A program made the position numbers and the translations under genes. The notes beneath the pieces are model-generated. The model did not search any database. It was not told the origin of the DNA and saw only the letters and a list, made by a program, of their open reading frames with translations. Positions 1 to 9,315 of a stretch of DNA of 64,000 bases are shown one piece after another (position 1 is the stretch's first letter; each line of letters begins with the position of its first letter). Origin of the DNA: a virus (taxonomy: Duplodnaviria > Heunggongvirae > Uroviricota > Caudoviricetes); the IMG/VR virus record IMGVR_UViG_638275541_000001; one strand, written 5' to 3'.

Positions 1-2292
1 ATGACACCTGAAATGTTCAGCCTTCTGAGTTCTGGTGTATACACATTCAAAGAAAGGGCAGTGATTCGTGAGCTGTCATGTAATGCAGTAGATGCTCAGA
101 AAGAAGCTGGAAAAGAGAACATCCCATTCCATGTGCATTTACCTACTCGATTTGAGCCTTACTTTGAAGTCCGTGACTTTGGAACTGGTTTAACCCATGA
201 CAAAGTAATGAGTTTGTACCTGAACTACGGGGCTTCTACGAAGAACGACTCTAATGACTACATTGGTGCAATGGGTATCGGCTCAAAGTCACCGTTTGCA
301 ATTGCTCAGTCATTCACAGTATCTAGCTATGTTGATGGTGTTGTTAATAAGTACTCTGTTTACCTTGAGAATGGTATCCCTCAAGTGACTAAGCTTACTA
401 CCAACCCAACAAATGAACCTAATGGCTTAGCTGTACGTGTGGCAGTTGCTGACCATCGTATTTCAAAGTTCTTTGAAGAGGCTGGTAACGTATACTCATA
501 CTTTGCTGTAAAACCAGAAAGTAATATTGTATATGATGATGTATTAGCAGACATGAATGTCATTGCCCGTGAAAAAGGTGTTTATGATGCTATGATTCAT
601 AAGCAAAGCTGGCGTTCTAGTGGCAACAGGACAGATTTTAATGTGGTAATGGGTAATATTGCCTACCCAGTTAATATGGAAGCATTACTTGGCGATGATT
701 TCTTCAAAGTCTTGCCAGAATTTTTCCGTAGGAGCGTAGACCTTGTAAACATCTACATGCCTATTGGCTCAGTTGCTATTGCAGCTTCTCGTGAAGCATT
801 GCAGATGAATGATACGACAAAAAATGTTATCATTGAGGCTACCAAAAAGATAACTGAAGCAATTACAAAGGATGTTATCAAGAGAGTTAATAGTCAACCT
901 ACACTCATGGATGCTGCACAGGCTTATGCTGAGTTACGTTTGAACTCACGAGAGATGTTGAATGCTGTGTGTCCAAAACTAGAGTGGGGAGGTGTTAAAC
1001 TTGATACTCTGGAAGAAGAGTTGCTGAATATTCGTCGTGGAATTATCCATGCGGAAGACGGCTCAGTCATCTATGAACGTGACGGCAAAGGTAATATTAA
1101 GGTTGACAGCAAAGGAAACAACATCCCCAAAGTTGCCTACCTATACAATCCAGTTGCTTATGTTAAGTTTAACTCTTTAGAGAGTAAGATTCGTGCAACA
1201 GCACTTTCCTACACTCAAGAAGCAAGCATGTTCAATATCTTTGGTGCAATGCGTAAAAGTCAAATTGAACAGTTTTTGTTTGTTATTAATGACCGTCGCA
1301 ATAAAAATGGTACTGAGAAGACTGTAGGCCGCAATCAGATTCTACGTGGTGCATGTCGAGACTACGCCAGTGAGTCAAGTCTGTTTCACAGATACAATGG
1401 TATTGTGTTTGTATTCTCGACTGAAAAAGAGTTAGATGATTTAATCAATCTGCACAAACTTGATAAAAGCTTGTTAAAGATTGTGAAAATGTCTGATAAG
1501 GAACACCATTACCAGCGCAAAGAAGCTGTAAGGGGTGTTGTAAAACTCTGGAAAGCAGTTCCAGCAGAATCTGTAGCTTCATACACAGAGGTGTCAGAAG
1601 ACTTAGACACAATTGAAGAACCCCAGCTTTACATTAAGGCAGTAGGTGACACAGTTGACAGCGAATGTTTTTGCTCATCTCCAGAAGATGTAGCTAAGTC
1701 AGTTGCTAATGTTATAGGGAAGACAGTCTATGTTTTCCGAAAAGCAAATTGGAAAAAGATACCAGAAGACTGGATTGAAGTAGATGAGAAGCTCTTGAAC
1801 GACAGCTTAACTGATGTTCATTGGATTAATCATAACAGGTATATGACACGCATCTACATGAATGGTGTTCTTGACCTTACAAGCAGTTGGATTATTGCCA
1901 GAAACTTTACATTCAATAACAGGAAGATTTCTCGTGGTTATTGCTATTCACGAGATACTAGCAAAACTATCTTCCTAGAGGGTAACGAAGAGGCTGTAGA
2001 GGCAATTTTCGGTAAAATCCAGTATGTTGCTGCACCATTTGCATACACTTACACTATTAGTGTCTTGCAAACTCTGAAAGGGTGTCTTGACAATAACACA
2101 AAGCTTTACAAGAAAATCAGGAAAGCTGGTGACCGTATGGTTATTAAGGTGACAAACTACCTTTCAAAAAGAAAACAAGAAAACTTCTTGCTTTCCCATT
2201 TAGATTGGAATAAAGTGTCACCTATTGAAGTGAGTAAGTTTTTGGGCTTTAATGTGAAATGTGTTCCAGAAGGTACAACAGTTTACGATTAA
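1..2292 (+). CDS. rIIA: rIIA-like protein with N-terminal GHKL-type ATPase fold (5'-truncated by window edge)
   Basis: ORF open from base 1; DFGTGL and GAMGIGSKSPF resemble GHKL ATP-binding boxes; large early protein followed by a second ORF as in rIIA-rIIB pairs. Confidence 0.5.
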   Translation: MTPEMFSLLSSGVYTFKERAVIRELSCNAVDAQKEAGKENIPFHVHLPTRFEPYFEVRDFGTGLTHDKVMSLYLNYGASTKNDSNDYIGAMGIGSKSPFAIAQSFTVSSYVDGVVNKYSVYLENGIPQVTKLTTNPTNEPNGLAVRVAVADHRISKFFEEAGNVYSYFAVKPESNIVYDDVLADMNVIAREKGVYDAMIHKQSWRSSGNRTDFNVVMGNIAYPVNMEALLGDDFFKVLPEFFRRSVDLVNIYMPIGSVAIAASREALQMNDTTKNVIIEATKKITEAITKDVIKRVNSQPTLMDAAQAYAELRLNSREMLNAVCPKLEWGGVKLDTLEEELLNIRRGIIHAEDGSVIYERDGKGNIKVDSKGNNIPKVAYLYNPVAYVKFNSLESKIRATALSYTQEASMFNIFGAMRKSQIEQFLFVINDRRNKNGTEKTVGRNQILRGACRDYASESSLFHRYNGIVFVFSTEKELDDLINLHKLDKSLLKIVKMSDKEHHYQRKEAVRGVVKLWKAVPAESVASYTEVSEDLDTIEEPQLYIKAVGDTVDSECFCSSPEDVAKSVANVIGKTVYVFRKANWKKIPEDWIEVDEKLLNDSLTDVHWINHNRYMTRIYMNGVLDLTSSWIIARNFTFNNRKISRGYCYSRDTSKTIFLEGNEEAVEAIFGKIQYVAAPFAYTYTISVLQTLKGCLDNNTKLYKKIRKAGDRMVIKVTNYLSKRKQENFLLSHLDWNKVSPIEVSKFLGFNVKCVPEGTTVYD

Positions 2293-2297
2293 AGTGC

Positions 2298-2327
2298 TTG
2301 ACAAGGGGCTTTGAAGCCCCTTAGAAT
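2298..2327 (+). promoter_or_regulatory. sigma70-like promoter (TTGACA-18-TAGAAT) with embedded GC hairpin
   Basis: TTGACA at 2298, TAGAAT at ~2322; spacer is palindrome AGGGGCTTTGAAGCCCCT. Confidence 0.35.
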
Positions 2328-2371
2328 AGCCTCACAAAATGATTTATTAACTAACAAGAGAGAGTAATAAG

Positions 2372-3481
2372 ATGACTACTAAAACTAAAGCACAGATTGA
2401 CGCAGAAATTTACAAACTGGTTAAAGAGGGCAAGCTGACTAAAACAGCTATTGCACAGAAATTTAACACCTCAACCCGTTCAGTCGGTCGTGCTGTAGAG
2501 CGTCATGAAGCAACCTTAAAAGGGAATAAAAAGGCAACTTCTACACCAGCTACGAAGACTTTAAAGCAAGTTGCTAAGACCTTTAAAAAGAAAGCTGGAA
2601 AACCAGTTGAAAAGGCTGTTAAAGAGGATGTACAGAAAGCTCCGGTAAATAAGCTGCATGAAGCTATGCAGAATGGCAACCAGATTGAGTACATGATTAC
2701 TGGCGACTCTGTTATCATGACTTTCGGTGCAGACTCTGAAATCGTTGAATCTACCCATCCGAACTACAAAGAAATCGTGATGGCTGTTGTATCCGGTGAG
2801 TATAAGAAAGCTTTCGAACTGATGAACATTCGTAAGTCTATCGAAAACTTCACTCAGGGTGCTATCACCATCAAAGGTGACAAGTTATTCTATGGTGCTG
2901 TTGAGATGCGTTCTACTCTGGTTGACCGTATTCTTCACATGATGGAGACTGGAGATAAAGGTTTTGAACGCCTTGTGATGTTCTTCGAAAAACTGATGGA
3001 AAACCCATCTAAAGATTCTGTAGAACAACTTTGGGGCTTCGTATCTCACCTTGATGTTGAAATTGATGAAGAGGGTTACATCATTGGTTGGAAGAAAGTG
3101 TCTACTCGTGAAGGCAAGCTGGTTGACTCCCGCACCTGCAAAGTACCTAATGATTTGGGTAACATTGTAGAAATGCCACGTTGGATGGTTGATAATAACC
3201 GTAACGTAACTTGCTCTCAAGGTCTTCATGTTGGTGCTTGGGATTATGTTCGTTGCTTCTCAGGTGATACAATCCTGAAGGTTCGTGTCCATCCACGAGA
3301 TGTTGTATCTGTTCCAACTGATTACAACGATATGAAGATGCGTTCGTCTCGTTATGAAGTTGCAGCAATCGTTGATAATCAACGTAAAGTACTGAAAGAA
3401 TGGGATGGCAAGACTGAAGCTTTGCATGTCATCGTTGGCACTGCTGGAGAACTTATCTCCCAACGTAAACGTGAAATCTAA
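2372..3481 (+). CDS. rIIB-like protein (by synteny)
   Basis: 369 aa ORF immediately after rIIA-like gene; no motif recognised. Confidence 0.35.
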   Translation: MTTKTKAQIDAEIYKLVKEGKLTKTAIAQKFNTSTRSVGRAVERHEATLKGNKKATSTPATKTLKQVAKTFKKKAGKPVEKAVKEDVQKAPVNKLHEAMQNGNQIEYMITGDSVIMTFGADSEIVESTHPNYKEIVMAVVSGEYKKAFELMNIRKSIENFTQGAITIKGDKLFYGAVEMRSTLVDRILHMMETGDKGFERLVMFFEKLMENPSKDSVEQLWGFVSHLDVEIDEEGYIIGWKKVSTREGKLVDSRTCKVPNDLGNIVEMPRWMVDNNRNVTCSQGLHVGAWDYVRCFSGDTILKVRVHPRDVVSVPTDYNDMKMRSSRYEVAAIVDNQRKVLKEWDGKTEALHVIVGTAGELISQRKREI

Positions 3482-3496
3482 TAAGTAATTTCTTAA

Positions 3497-3521
3497 AAGG
3501 CTGCTTCGGCGGCCTTTTTTA
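3497..3521 (+). terminator. rho-independent terminator
   Basis: AAGGCTGC-TTCG-GCGGCCTT hairpin followed by T-run. Confidence 0.7.
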
Positions 3522-3581
3522 TTTGTATTTTGTGCAGAGTGCTGTATAATTGTTGTCACGATAAACTAAACAGGAGAACCA

Positions 3582-4130
3582 ATGAAGAAATTGATTCTAG
3601 GTTTGTGCTTAATGTTTACAGCACACTTATCTTATGCAGTTGACTGCCCAGAGCTATCAATTAGCCAAAAAGTAAACATGTTAAAAGCTTACCAGTATGG
3701 TGAGAATAACATGGGTAAAGGTTGGGGTATTACTCTAGCAGCTATAGCCTTACAAGAGTCAGAGTTAGGTCTGAAGGTAGAGAATAAAAAGACCCATGAC
3801 TATGGTATTTTCCAGAATCACTTGAAGACTGTTGTAAAGCGTAACAAAATTAGCCCTAATGTGGCTAAAAAGAAACTCTTAAGAGACTTTGATTATGCTG
3901 CGAAGGAAACGCACAAAGAGCTTGAGTTTTGGACAAAGGTACATGGTCAGCCAAAGTCAAAGAAGACTTTACAAAAAGTTTTAGCATCATATAATGCTGG
4001 GTATTCGTACAGAATCCCTAAAGCTAAGAAATATTCTCAAGATGTTTATAACAATATGAAAGTAATTGCTCAATGTGAATTTGCAACAAACATTTCTAAG
4101 GTAAACCATGAAAAAATTAAGAAAGTCTGA
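3582..4130 (+). CDS. secreted lytic transglycosylase-like protein
   Basis: N-terminal signal peptide; QESELG...DYGIFQ resembles SLT catalytic motif. Confidence 0.45.
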   Translation: MKKLILGLCLMFTAHLSYAVDCPELSISQKVNMLKAYQYGENNMGKGWGITLAAIALQESELGLKVENKKTHDYGIFQNHLKTVVKRNKISPNVAKKKLLRDFDYAAKETHKELEFWTKVHGQPKSKKTLQKVLASYNAGYSYRIPKAKKYSQDVYNNMKVIAQCEFATNISKVNHEKIKKV

Positions 4131-4803
4131 TGAAGTATTGTGCCATGCTTATGACTTACAGCCTCATGAGTTAGGACTTGATTCCTGTGTATGGACTCCA
4201 GAACAGTGCAGGGATTTTGAAGACACCGCAAGAGAAGTTGTATGCTCACTTGAAGAGTTCCACACATCAGAACCAATTGTGAACGTTGTGGACAAAGAGA
4301 CTGGGCAATCCATAGGTGTAAAACGTGATAGCTTAGTCATAGTCAACAAAGACCTTGTAGAGAAAGGTAATCTTATCTTAGCAGATATTGATGGAGTTCT
4401 TACAAATTTTAATCACGAAGATTGTTCAACGGAATTGACTGATGGTTCATTTTCACAGTACACTAATCTTCTTGATTCTGTAAGAGCAAAACCAACGTAT
4501 GTTTTCAATATCATTGATGCAATTGCTAATCATGCTGCCGTTGGACTCTTGACAGCGAGAGGTGAATCTCAGAGAATACCCACTGAGATGTTTTTAAGGC
4601 ATAACACGGAGCATGACTACATGCTTTTTATGCGTGGTTTTGGGACTAACTCTATAAGTGCAGAAAGTTTGAAAGTGAGGATGATTCAGTCTTGCATTCT
4701 GCCTTACTTTAATATAGTATGTTTTATAGAAGACACAGAGAAGAATGTGCAGAAGGTGAACAGAATCCTTCCACACATCAAAACCATGTTAGTTAAACAT
4801 TGA
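4108..4803 (+). CDS. HAD-superfamily hydrolase-like protein
   Basis: ILADIDGVLTNF matches HAD motif I (DxDGxL). Confidence 0.4.
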   Translation: MKKLRKSDEVLCHAYDLQPHELGLDSCVWTPEQCRDFEDTAREVVCSLEEFHTSEPIVNVVDKETGQSIGVKRDSLVIVNKDLVEKGNLILADIDGVLTNFNHEDCSTELTDGSFSQYTNLLDSVRAKPTYVFNIIDAIANHAAVGLLTARGESQRIPTEMFLRHNTEHDYMLFMRGFGTNSISAESLKVRMIQSCILPYFNIVCFIEDTEKNVQKVNRILPHIKTMLVKH

Positions 4804-4813
4804 GAGAAAACTT

Positions 4814-5278
4814 ATGAACAATATCATTACGGTAGCACTGGACGTTACGGCAAACAAATCTGAAGTAGTTCGTAACATTATCAAGAGCAACTTTGAGGGT
4901 AAAATCTTCCGTGCTGTCAATGTAAAAGCAGACGGTAACATTCGGGAGTATCGTGCCCTTTTGAATGTTAAGAAACACGTCAAAGGTGCTGGTTCAACGA
5001 CTGCACACAAAGAAAACCTGATGACCATCTATGATATGGGGATGGCTTCAGAATTAGGTGCTGAAGGTATCGTTAAAGAAGGTGCTCCGTATCGCTCTTT
5101 CAATCTGGAAACTGCTCTCATGCTTTCCTTTACAAGTGGTTCTAAAACAACTACTTATCTCTTTACTGATGCTGCAACGGTATCTGCTATCAAGGATAGC
5201 ACTGTCAAAGCTGGGGTAGCTGCTGCTGCAAAAGCTTCTTCGATGGCTGCAAATGTCCTTGCTAAAGTCCTCGGTTAA
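4814..5278 (+). CDS. hypothetical protein
   Basis: 154 aa ORF in co-directional array, followed by terminator. Confidence 0.45.
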   Translation: MNNIITVALDVTANKSEVVRNIIKSNFEGKIFRAVNVKADGNIREYRALLNVKKHVKGAGSTTAHKENLMTIYDMGMASELGAEGIVKEGAPYRSFNLETALMLSFTSGSKTTTYLFTDAATVSAIKDSTVKAGVAAAAKASSMAANVLAKVLG

Positions 5279-5289
5279 GGTTAAGATAC

Positions 5290-5311
5290 AGGCTCCTTCG
5301 GGAGCCTTTTT
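5290..5311 (+). terminator. rho-independent terminator
   Basis: GGCTCC-TTCG-GGAGCC hairpin plus TTTTT. Confidence 0.75.
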
Positions 5312-5330
5312 CATTTCAGGAGATTGTTAA

Positions 5331-5678
5331 ATGACATTTAAAGAGTTCTGTCAAGCTACTTTCATAATTGTTTTCTTAGTTGGGGCAGGTGTCTGGGGAG
5401 GATACTCTTACAGAGACTATCAAGTTGCTGAAACTGAGCTAAACAATCAAAAGCTCATAAGTGTTGCTAAAGATGCTTATCAGGAAGGATTAGTCACACT
5501 GAGCACCAATTACAAAAATGATTTGAAAGATGTGCTTGCTAAGAATAAGCATACAAAAGAGGTACTAACATATGAAAAAACTAAGCCAGAGTTTTATAAT
5601 GTTTGTGTTACTGATAACTATGTCAGGGTGTTCAACGAACAAAGTGAACAGTACATTCAAAAACTCCCAAGTAAGTGA
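5331..5678 (+). CDS. membrane-anchored protein, i-spanin-like
   Basis: AGGAG RBS; N-terminal TM helix (FIIVFLVGAGVWGG) then soluble domain; 3' end overlaps next gene by ~107 nt. Confidence 0.4.
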   Translation: MTFKEFCQATFIIVFLVGAGVWGGYSYRDYQVAETELNNQKLISVAKDAYQEGLVTLSTNYKNDLKDVLAKNKHTKEVLTYEKTKPEFYNVCVTDNYVRVFNEQSEQYIQKLPSK

Positions 5679-5841
5679 GAGCGATAAGTACACTCAAGAA
5701 GAGTCACGTTATATCATCAAAGGCAACACAGGCAGTGATGTAGCAGCAGCCCTTGAGTTCTATCGTGACGGCTTTTACCAGTGTACAATCAAAGCTAATA
5801 ACCTTATTGACATGATTTTATTAGGGAATAAGCAGCAATGA
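5572..5841 (+). CDS. lipoprotein, o-spanin-like
   Basis: GAGG RBS; signal peptide with lipobox (ITMSGC); overlaps preceding TM-protein gene in another frame. Confidence 0.4.
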   Translation: MKKLSQSFIMFVLLITMSGCSTNKVNSTFKNSQVSESDKYTQEESRYIIKGNTGSDVAAALEFYRDGFYQCTIKANNLIDMILLGNKQQ

Positions 5842-6107
5842 CAGAGAATCAAGAGACTTTCTATGTAGAAGGTTACTTACTGTTACCACGACCAAAAGAA
5901 ACTTATATGCGAATTGATTTCTCACCAACCATCATGGATAATGTGCTGTGCCATATCTTTATGCAAGGTGTCACAGCACAACTTAAGCATGTTGGCAAAG
6001 AGTGCAAAATAAAGGTTGACACTCATCCAGAAATCAAAGAGAATCACTACACATGGTTCTTACCAGACTCTAAAGAAATCTTAGCAGTTCTTAAAACGAG
6101 GAAATGA
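5838..6107 (+). CDS. hypothetical protein
   Basis: ORF in tightly packed early array (4 nt overlap). Confidence 0.4.
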   Translation: MTENQETFYVEGYLLLPRPKETYMRIDFSPTIMDNVLCHIFMQGVTAQLKHVGKECKIKVDTHPEIKENHYTWFLPDSKEILAVLKTRK

Positions 6108-6418
6108 TTATGCAATTCCAGCCAACAAATCGTGGATTTTCTTATGCAGAATTTAAAGATGCTAAAGGGGAAATTTGTACTTTACAAGAGAGTTCATCAT
6201 ACGAACCATGTATCTGGTTAGGTGCTAAAGAGGTCTCTGTTCAGTACCTAGATAATGGCTGGAAAACACTTGATATCCCAGCATTAGTTGGTAAAGATTT
6301 TGTAGGTAATCAAAGAATGAAGCTCAATCAAGAACAGGTAAAAGAGTTGTTGCCGTACCTCCAATACTTTGCTGAAAATGGTGAATTACCAACAGAGGAA
6401 CTTACAAATGCAGATTAA
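6104..6418 (+). CDS. hypothetical protein
   Basis: ORF in early array. Confidence 0.4.
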   Translation: MIMQFQPTNRGFSYAEFKDAKGEICTLQESSSYEPCIWLGAKEVSVQYLDNGWKTLDIPALVGKDFVGNQRMKLNQEQVKELLPYLQYFAENGELPTEELTNAD

Positions 6419-6734
6419 TGGAAGAGACTTTGTAGCCGTTTACTACGAGAAAGGTAAAGAGGTTGGTGTAGCACAAGTAACTTATGGCAATGGTAAGTGG
6501 CTATATGGAACAATCGCAGTAGTAGGAACAAGAAGTGATACAAAAACTTTTAAAGATTGTGTTGACCTTCTTGAAGAATCCATCCAGAATCATTGGTGTC
6601 TGATATGGATGACTGATAACGAAGTGATGGAGCGTTTCAAAAAGATTGATATCAACATTGACAGTATTGAGCATGTTGATTTATATGAGCTAACTGAGAA
6701 GGTAAACTATGAAAGTAATACTAGCCAGAGATAA
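6408..6734 (+). CDS. hypothetical protein
   Basis: start trimmed to internal ATG with GAGGA RBS; track ORF began at 6369. Confidence 0.4.
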   Translation: MQINGRDFVAVYYEKGKEVGVAQVTYGNGKWLYGTIAVVGTRSDTKTFKDCVDLLEESIQNHWCLIWMTDNEVMERFKKIDINIDSIEHVDLYELTEKVNYESNTSQR

Positions 6735-6936
6735 AAAGACACGAAAACTTATCAGGTCAGCAGTGTTCATTGGACGAAATGAGGTCATCCCATTTACAGC
6801 AAATGATGTGATAGCTTACAGGAAGAACTTAGTATTCACTGACTGCTTACGTGGCTTCATCTCTGAACCATTGGAAGACTTTAAAAGTCGTTGTGGTAAA
6901 GGTATCATCATTCAAGAGGCAACTATTCATGGCTGA
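6709..6936 (+). CDS. hypothetical protein
   Basis: ORF in early array. Confidence 0.35.
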   Translation: MKVILARDKKTRKLIRSAVFIGRNEVIPFTANDVIAYRKNLVFTDCLRGFISEPLEDFKSRCGKGIIIQEATIHG

Positions 6937-7129
6937 CTTCTGTAAAGACTGTTCTATCGAAATGTTCGGACGTGATACAGGTGACTTAAAAGGTCTTATC
7001 ACTGAAGAGGACTTTAAAGCTGGCTATGCAATGCCAGTAATCTGTGAAGGATGTGGATGTATCTGGGTAGACCACGAAGGACAACGTGTAAAACCTTCAG
7101 AAGATAAAGAATCTTGGGAGAGATGTTAA
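6929..7129 (+). CDS. small Cys-rich (zinc-ribbon-like) protein
   Basis: internal ATG start (MADFCKDCS...CEGCGC); AAGAGG RBS upstream. Confidence 0.4.
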   Translation: MADFCKDCSIEMFGRDTGDLKGLITEEDFKAGYAMPVICEGCGCIWVDHEGQRVKPSEDKESWERC

Positions 7130-7915
7130 ATGGGTATTATAAAAATCATCAATGGTGATATCTTTGCTGCATTTGATAAAGGTAAGTTTGACATCATTGG
7201 TCACGGTTGCAACTGTATGAATTTAATGGGTGCAGGTATCGCTGACAAGATTTCTAAACTTTACCCAAAAGCATATGAGACCGATACAGAAGTTTATCTA
7301 TATGCAGGTGGTATAGGCCACAAACCCTGTGAAAATTTACTGGGTAATTTCTCCGTAGCACGTTTAAAACAAGGTCGTATAGCTAACCTTTACACTCAGC
7401 TTAAGACTGGTAAAGATGCACGATACAGTGCTTTAGAGTCATCTTTGAAACAGCTTAACAGATACTGTGAAGTTAACCAGTTGAAGAAGGTTGGTCTACC
7501 TATGATTGGTGCAGGTATCGGTGGACTTGACCCGCAAGCTGTCACAGTTATCATCAATCAGGTCATGAAGAGTGTAGATGTTTATCTGTATGTCTATGAA
7601 GGAGAGATGTACCACAAGTTACGCTCAGGTTGGAAGAACTACTGTGAACCAGAATACTTTGCAGGCGTAGCTGTGTTCACGGATAATGCAGTTACCCTCT
7701 TCAGACGAAGAAAAGGTAAGATACATCAAAGTAACCCTCCGGTTGAAAAGATGTCTCTAAGTAACGCTCTAGTTACCCACCTGTCGAAGAGCAATCACAG
7801 AATTGCAGTAACATTTGGCAGTGATGCAGATACTTATATCTATGCAAGAACTGATGAGGATATCGAGTTAATCTTCTCTTCACCAGAGCTTACCTTCTTA
7901 GACGCAAAGAACTAA
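7130..7915 (+). CDS. macro-domain protein (ADP-ribose binding/hydrolase-like)
   Basis: IINGDIF...FDIIGHGCNCMNLMGAGIA and GLPMIGAGIGGL match macro-domain signature blocks. Confidence 0.5.
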   Translation: MGIIKIINGDIFAAFDKGKFDIIGHGCNCMNLMGAGIADKISKLYPKAYETDTEVYLYAGGIGHKPCENLLGNFSVARLKQGRIANLYTQLKTGKDARYSALESSLKQLNRYCEVNQLKKVGLPMIGAGIGGLDPQAVTVIINQVMKSVDVYLYVYEGEMYHKLRSGWKNYCEPEYFAGVAVFTDNAVTLFRRRKGKIHQSNPPVEKMSLSNALVTHLSKSNHRIAVTFGSDADTYIYARTDEDIELIFSSPELTFLDAKN

Positions 7916-7986
7916 GAAACTTCGTAGTATATTCACAATAGACTAAGCCTTTCTTATCTGGTAAATTTTTCAGGTAAGGAGGGCTT

Positions 7987-8167
7987 TTTCATTTCAGATT
8001 TGTGCAGGTAGAGTTCTGTAGAGAAATCTATAGAGAAAATTTTGAACTCCAAAGAGAAAATTCATTTTCAAACTGTGCAGGTAATCTCCAAAGAGCTTTT
8101 TCATTTTCAAAACGTGCAGACCCCGCTCAGGTCGGGCAAGAAAAATCATTTTAGAATTGTGCAGGTA
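7987..8167 (+). repeat. four direct copies of a ~23 bp element (TTCATTTTCAAANTGTGCAGGTA)
   Basis: copies at ~7987, 8059, 8097, 8145 upstream of the early-operon promoter. Confidence 0.7.
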
Positions 8168-8180
8168 GGTTTTTATAGAG

Positions 8181-8222
8181 AGCCAGCCCAGCCCCTCTCC
8201 CCCTCTTACTCCCCCTCCCCCC
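8181..8222 (+). repeat. polypyrimidine (C/T-only) tract
   Basis: CCCAGCCCCTCTCCCCCTCTTACTCCCCCTCCCCCC in an otherwise AT-rich genome. Confidence 0.8.
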
Positions 8223-8343
8223 AAAAGTCAAGAGAAAAATTTGTAGCGGATTGAAAAATAATTCTTGATTTGCGTTCTGTTTTGTGGTAGTCGTGTGCGC
8301 CCGTTCATTTCCCAACCTTACAAAAAATATTTAATAAAAACCG

Positions 8344-8372
8344 TTGACACGCCAAACAAGTTTACGTACTAT
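8344..8372 (+). promoter_or_regulatory. strong sigma70-type promoter (TTGACA-17-TACTAT)
   Basis: consensus -35, 17 nt spacer, near-consensus -10, ~50 nt upstream of first small early gene. Confidence 0.6.
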
Positions 8373-8422
8373 TTGCATCAGACGGGCAATCAAGCCACTT
8401 CCTAAACTGGAGAATCTAAAAA

Positions 8423-8629
8423 ATGCTTTACAGTCGTGAATTGATGGTTACAACCAACGTTAATACAAATGTAAAACGCTTTTACATGCAAGTATGTGGC
8501 GCATGGTCCAGAATTTCAGAAGCTGACTATTGCAACTATGTAGAAACAGCTATAAACTCTAATTGCTACCTTACAAGAAATACTAAGAATTTTACAAGGC
8601 AGACAGCAATTTACTATTACGATAAATAA
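8423..8629 (+). CDS. small early protein (unknown)
   Basis: ATG preceded by conserved leader CCTAAACTGGAGAATCTAAAAA. Confidence 0.5.
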   Translation: MLYSRELMVTTNVNTNVKRFYMQVCGAWSRISEADYCNYVETAINSNCYLTRNTKNFTRQTAIYYYDK

Positions 8630-8643
8630 AAAGTACTTTACAT

Positions 8644-8672
8644 GGGGCTTAAAAGTCTGTAAAGTAAGCCCC
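8644..8672 (+). promoter_or_regulatory. intergenic leader hairpin, type A (GGGGCTTA...TAAGCCCC + CAGATAAAGAG)
   Basis: GC-clamped hairpin followed by conserved CAGATAAAGAG and RBS leader; copies also at 9246 and 10313. Confidence 0.5.
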
Positions 8673-8716
8673 AGATAAAGAGCTTTACCACTTAATCCTA
8701 AACTGGAGATTCAAAA

Positions 8717-9229
8717 ATGAAAACTGTAGACGCTACTTTTGAAGTCGTAAAAGAAAAATTCACTATTATTTATGAAGCGGTAAATTGCTACGAAGCAAGC
8801 CATAATCTTGATAATTGGAAGTTTACAGATGACCATCAAGGCGGCGTGACTGTTAAAAATCCTAACTGTCAGTATAATGAATTTAAATATGCAATCCCTT
8901 TGCATTACAGCCTTAAACAGCTTTCAAGTGACTATGCAAAACAAGGCCGGGAAAATCCATCAAAAGATGCTTACATTAGCTTACAGAAAGAATTAGAAAG
9001 AGATTTAGAGGCTTCAGAATACGACCTTGCCGCGAAAGTTGTCGATGCAAATGGCAACACGGTTTTAGAGAGTTTTTATCTAGGATATGCCTTTGACTGG
9101 TGCTATAGTGACGGTGATGATTTAGAGGAAAGACTAAAAGAAGAGGTGAGCAATTCAGACGCAGAAACTGAAGTATTAGAACGTTTGGAATCATTAAAAG
9201 ACTCAGTGATGAATATCTTTAAGAACTAA
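8717..9229 (+). CDS. small early protein (unknown, acidic C-terminus)
   Basis: ATG preceded by conserved CCTAAACTGGAGATTCAAAA leader. Confidence 0.5.
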   Translation: MKTVDATFEVVKEKFTIIYEAVNCYEASHNLDNWKFTDDHQGGVTVKNPNCQYNEFKYAIPLHYSLKQLSSDYAKQGRENPSKDAYISLQKELERDLEASEYDLAAKVVDANGNTVLESFYLGYAFDWCYSDGDDLEERLKEEVSNSDAETEVLERLESLKDSVMNIFKN

Positions 9230-9245
9230 AGAGATTTCTTTACAC

Positions 9246-9273
9246 GGGGTTATCAAGCTGATAAGATAGCCCC
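9246..9273 (+). promoter_or_regulatory. intergenic leader hairpin, type A variant
   Basis: GGGGTTATC...GATAGCCCC: different stem sequence, same pairing, followed by CAGATAAAGAG. Confidence 0.45.
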
Positions 9274-9315
9274 AGATAAAGAGATTTATCAACTGTCCTA
9301 AACTGGAGATTCAAA

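Noticed and set aside
7994-8254. Two overlapping ORFs (7994-8224 minus, 8042-8254 plus)
   Set aside because: Lie entirely within the direct-repeat and polypyrimidine region; low-complexity translations (GGGGVRGGEG, PSPSYSPSP); no RBS
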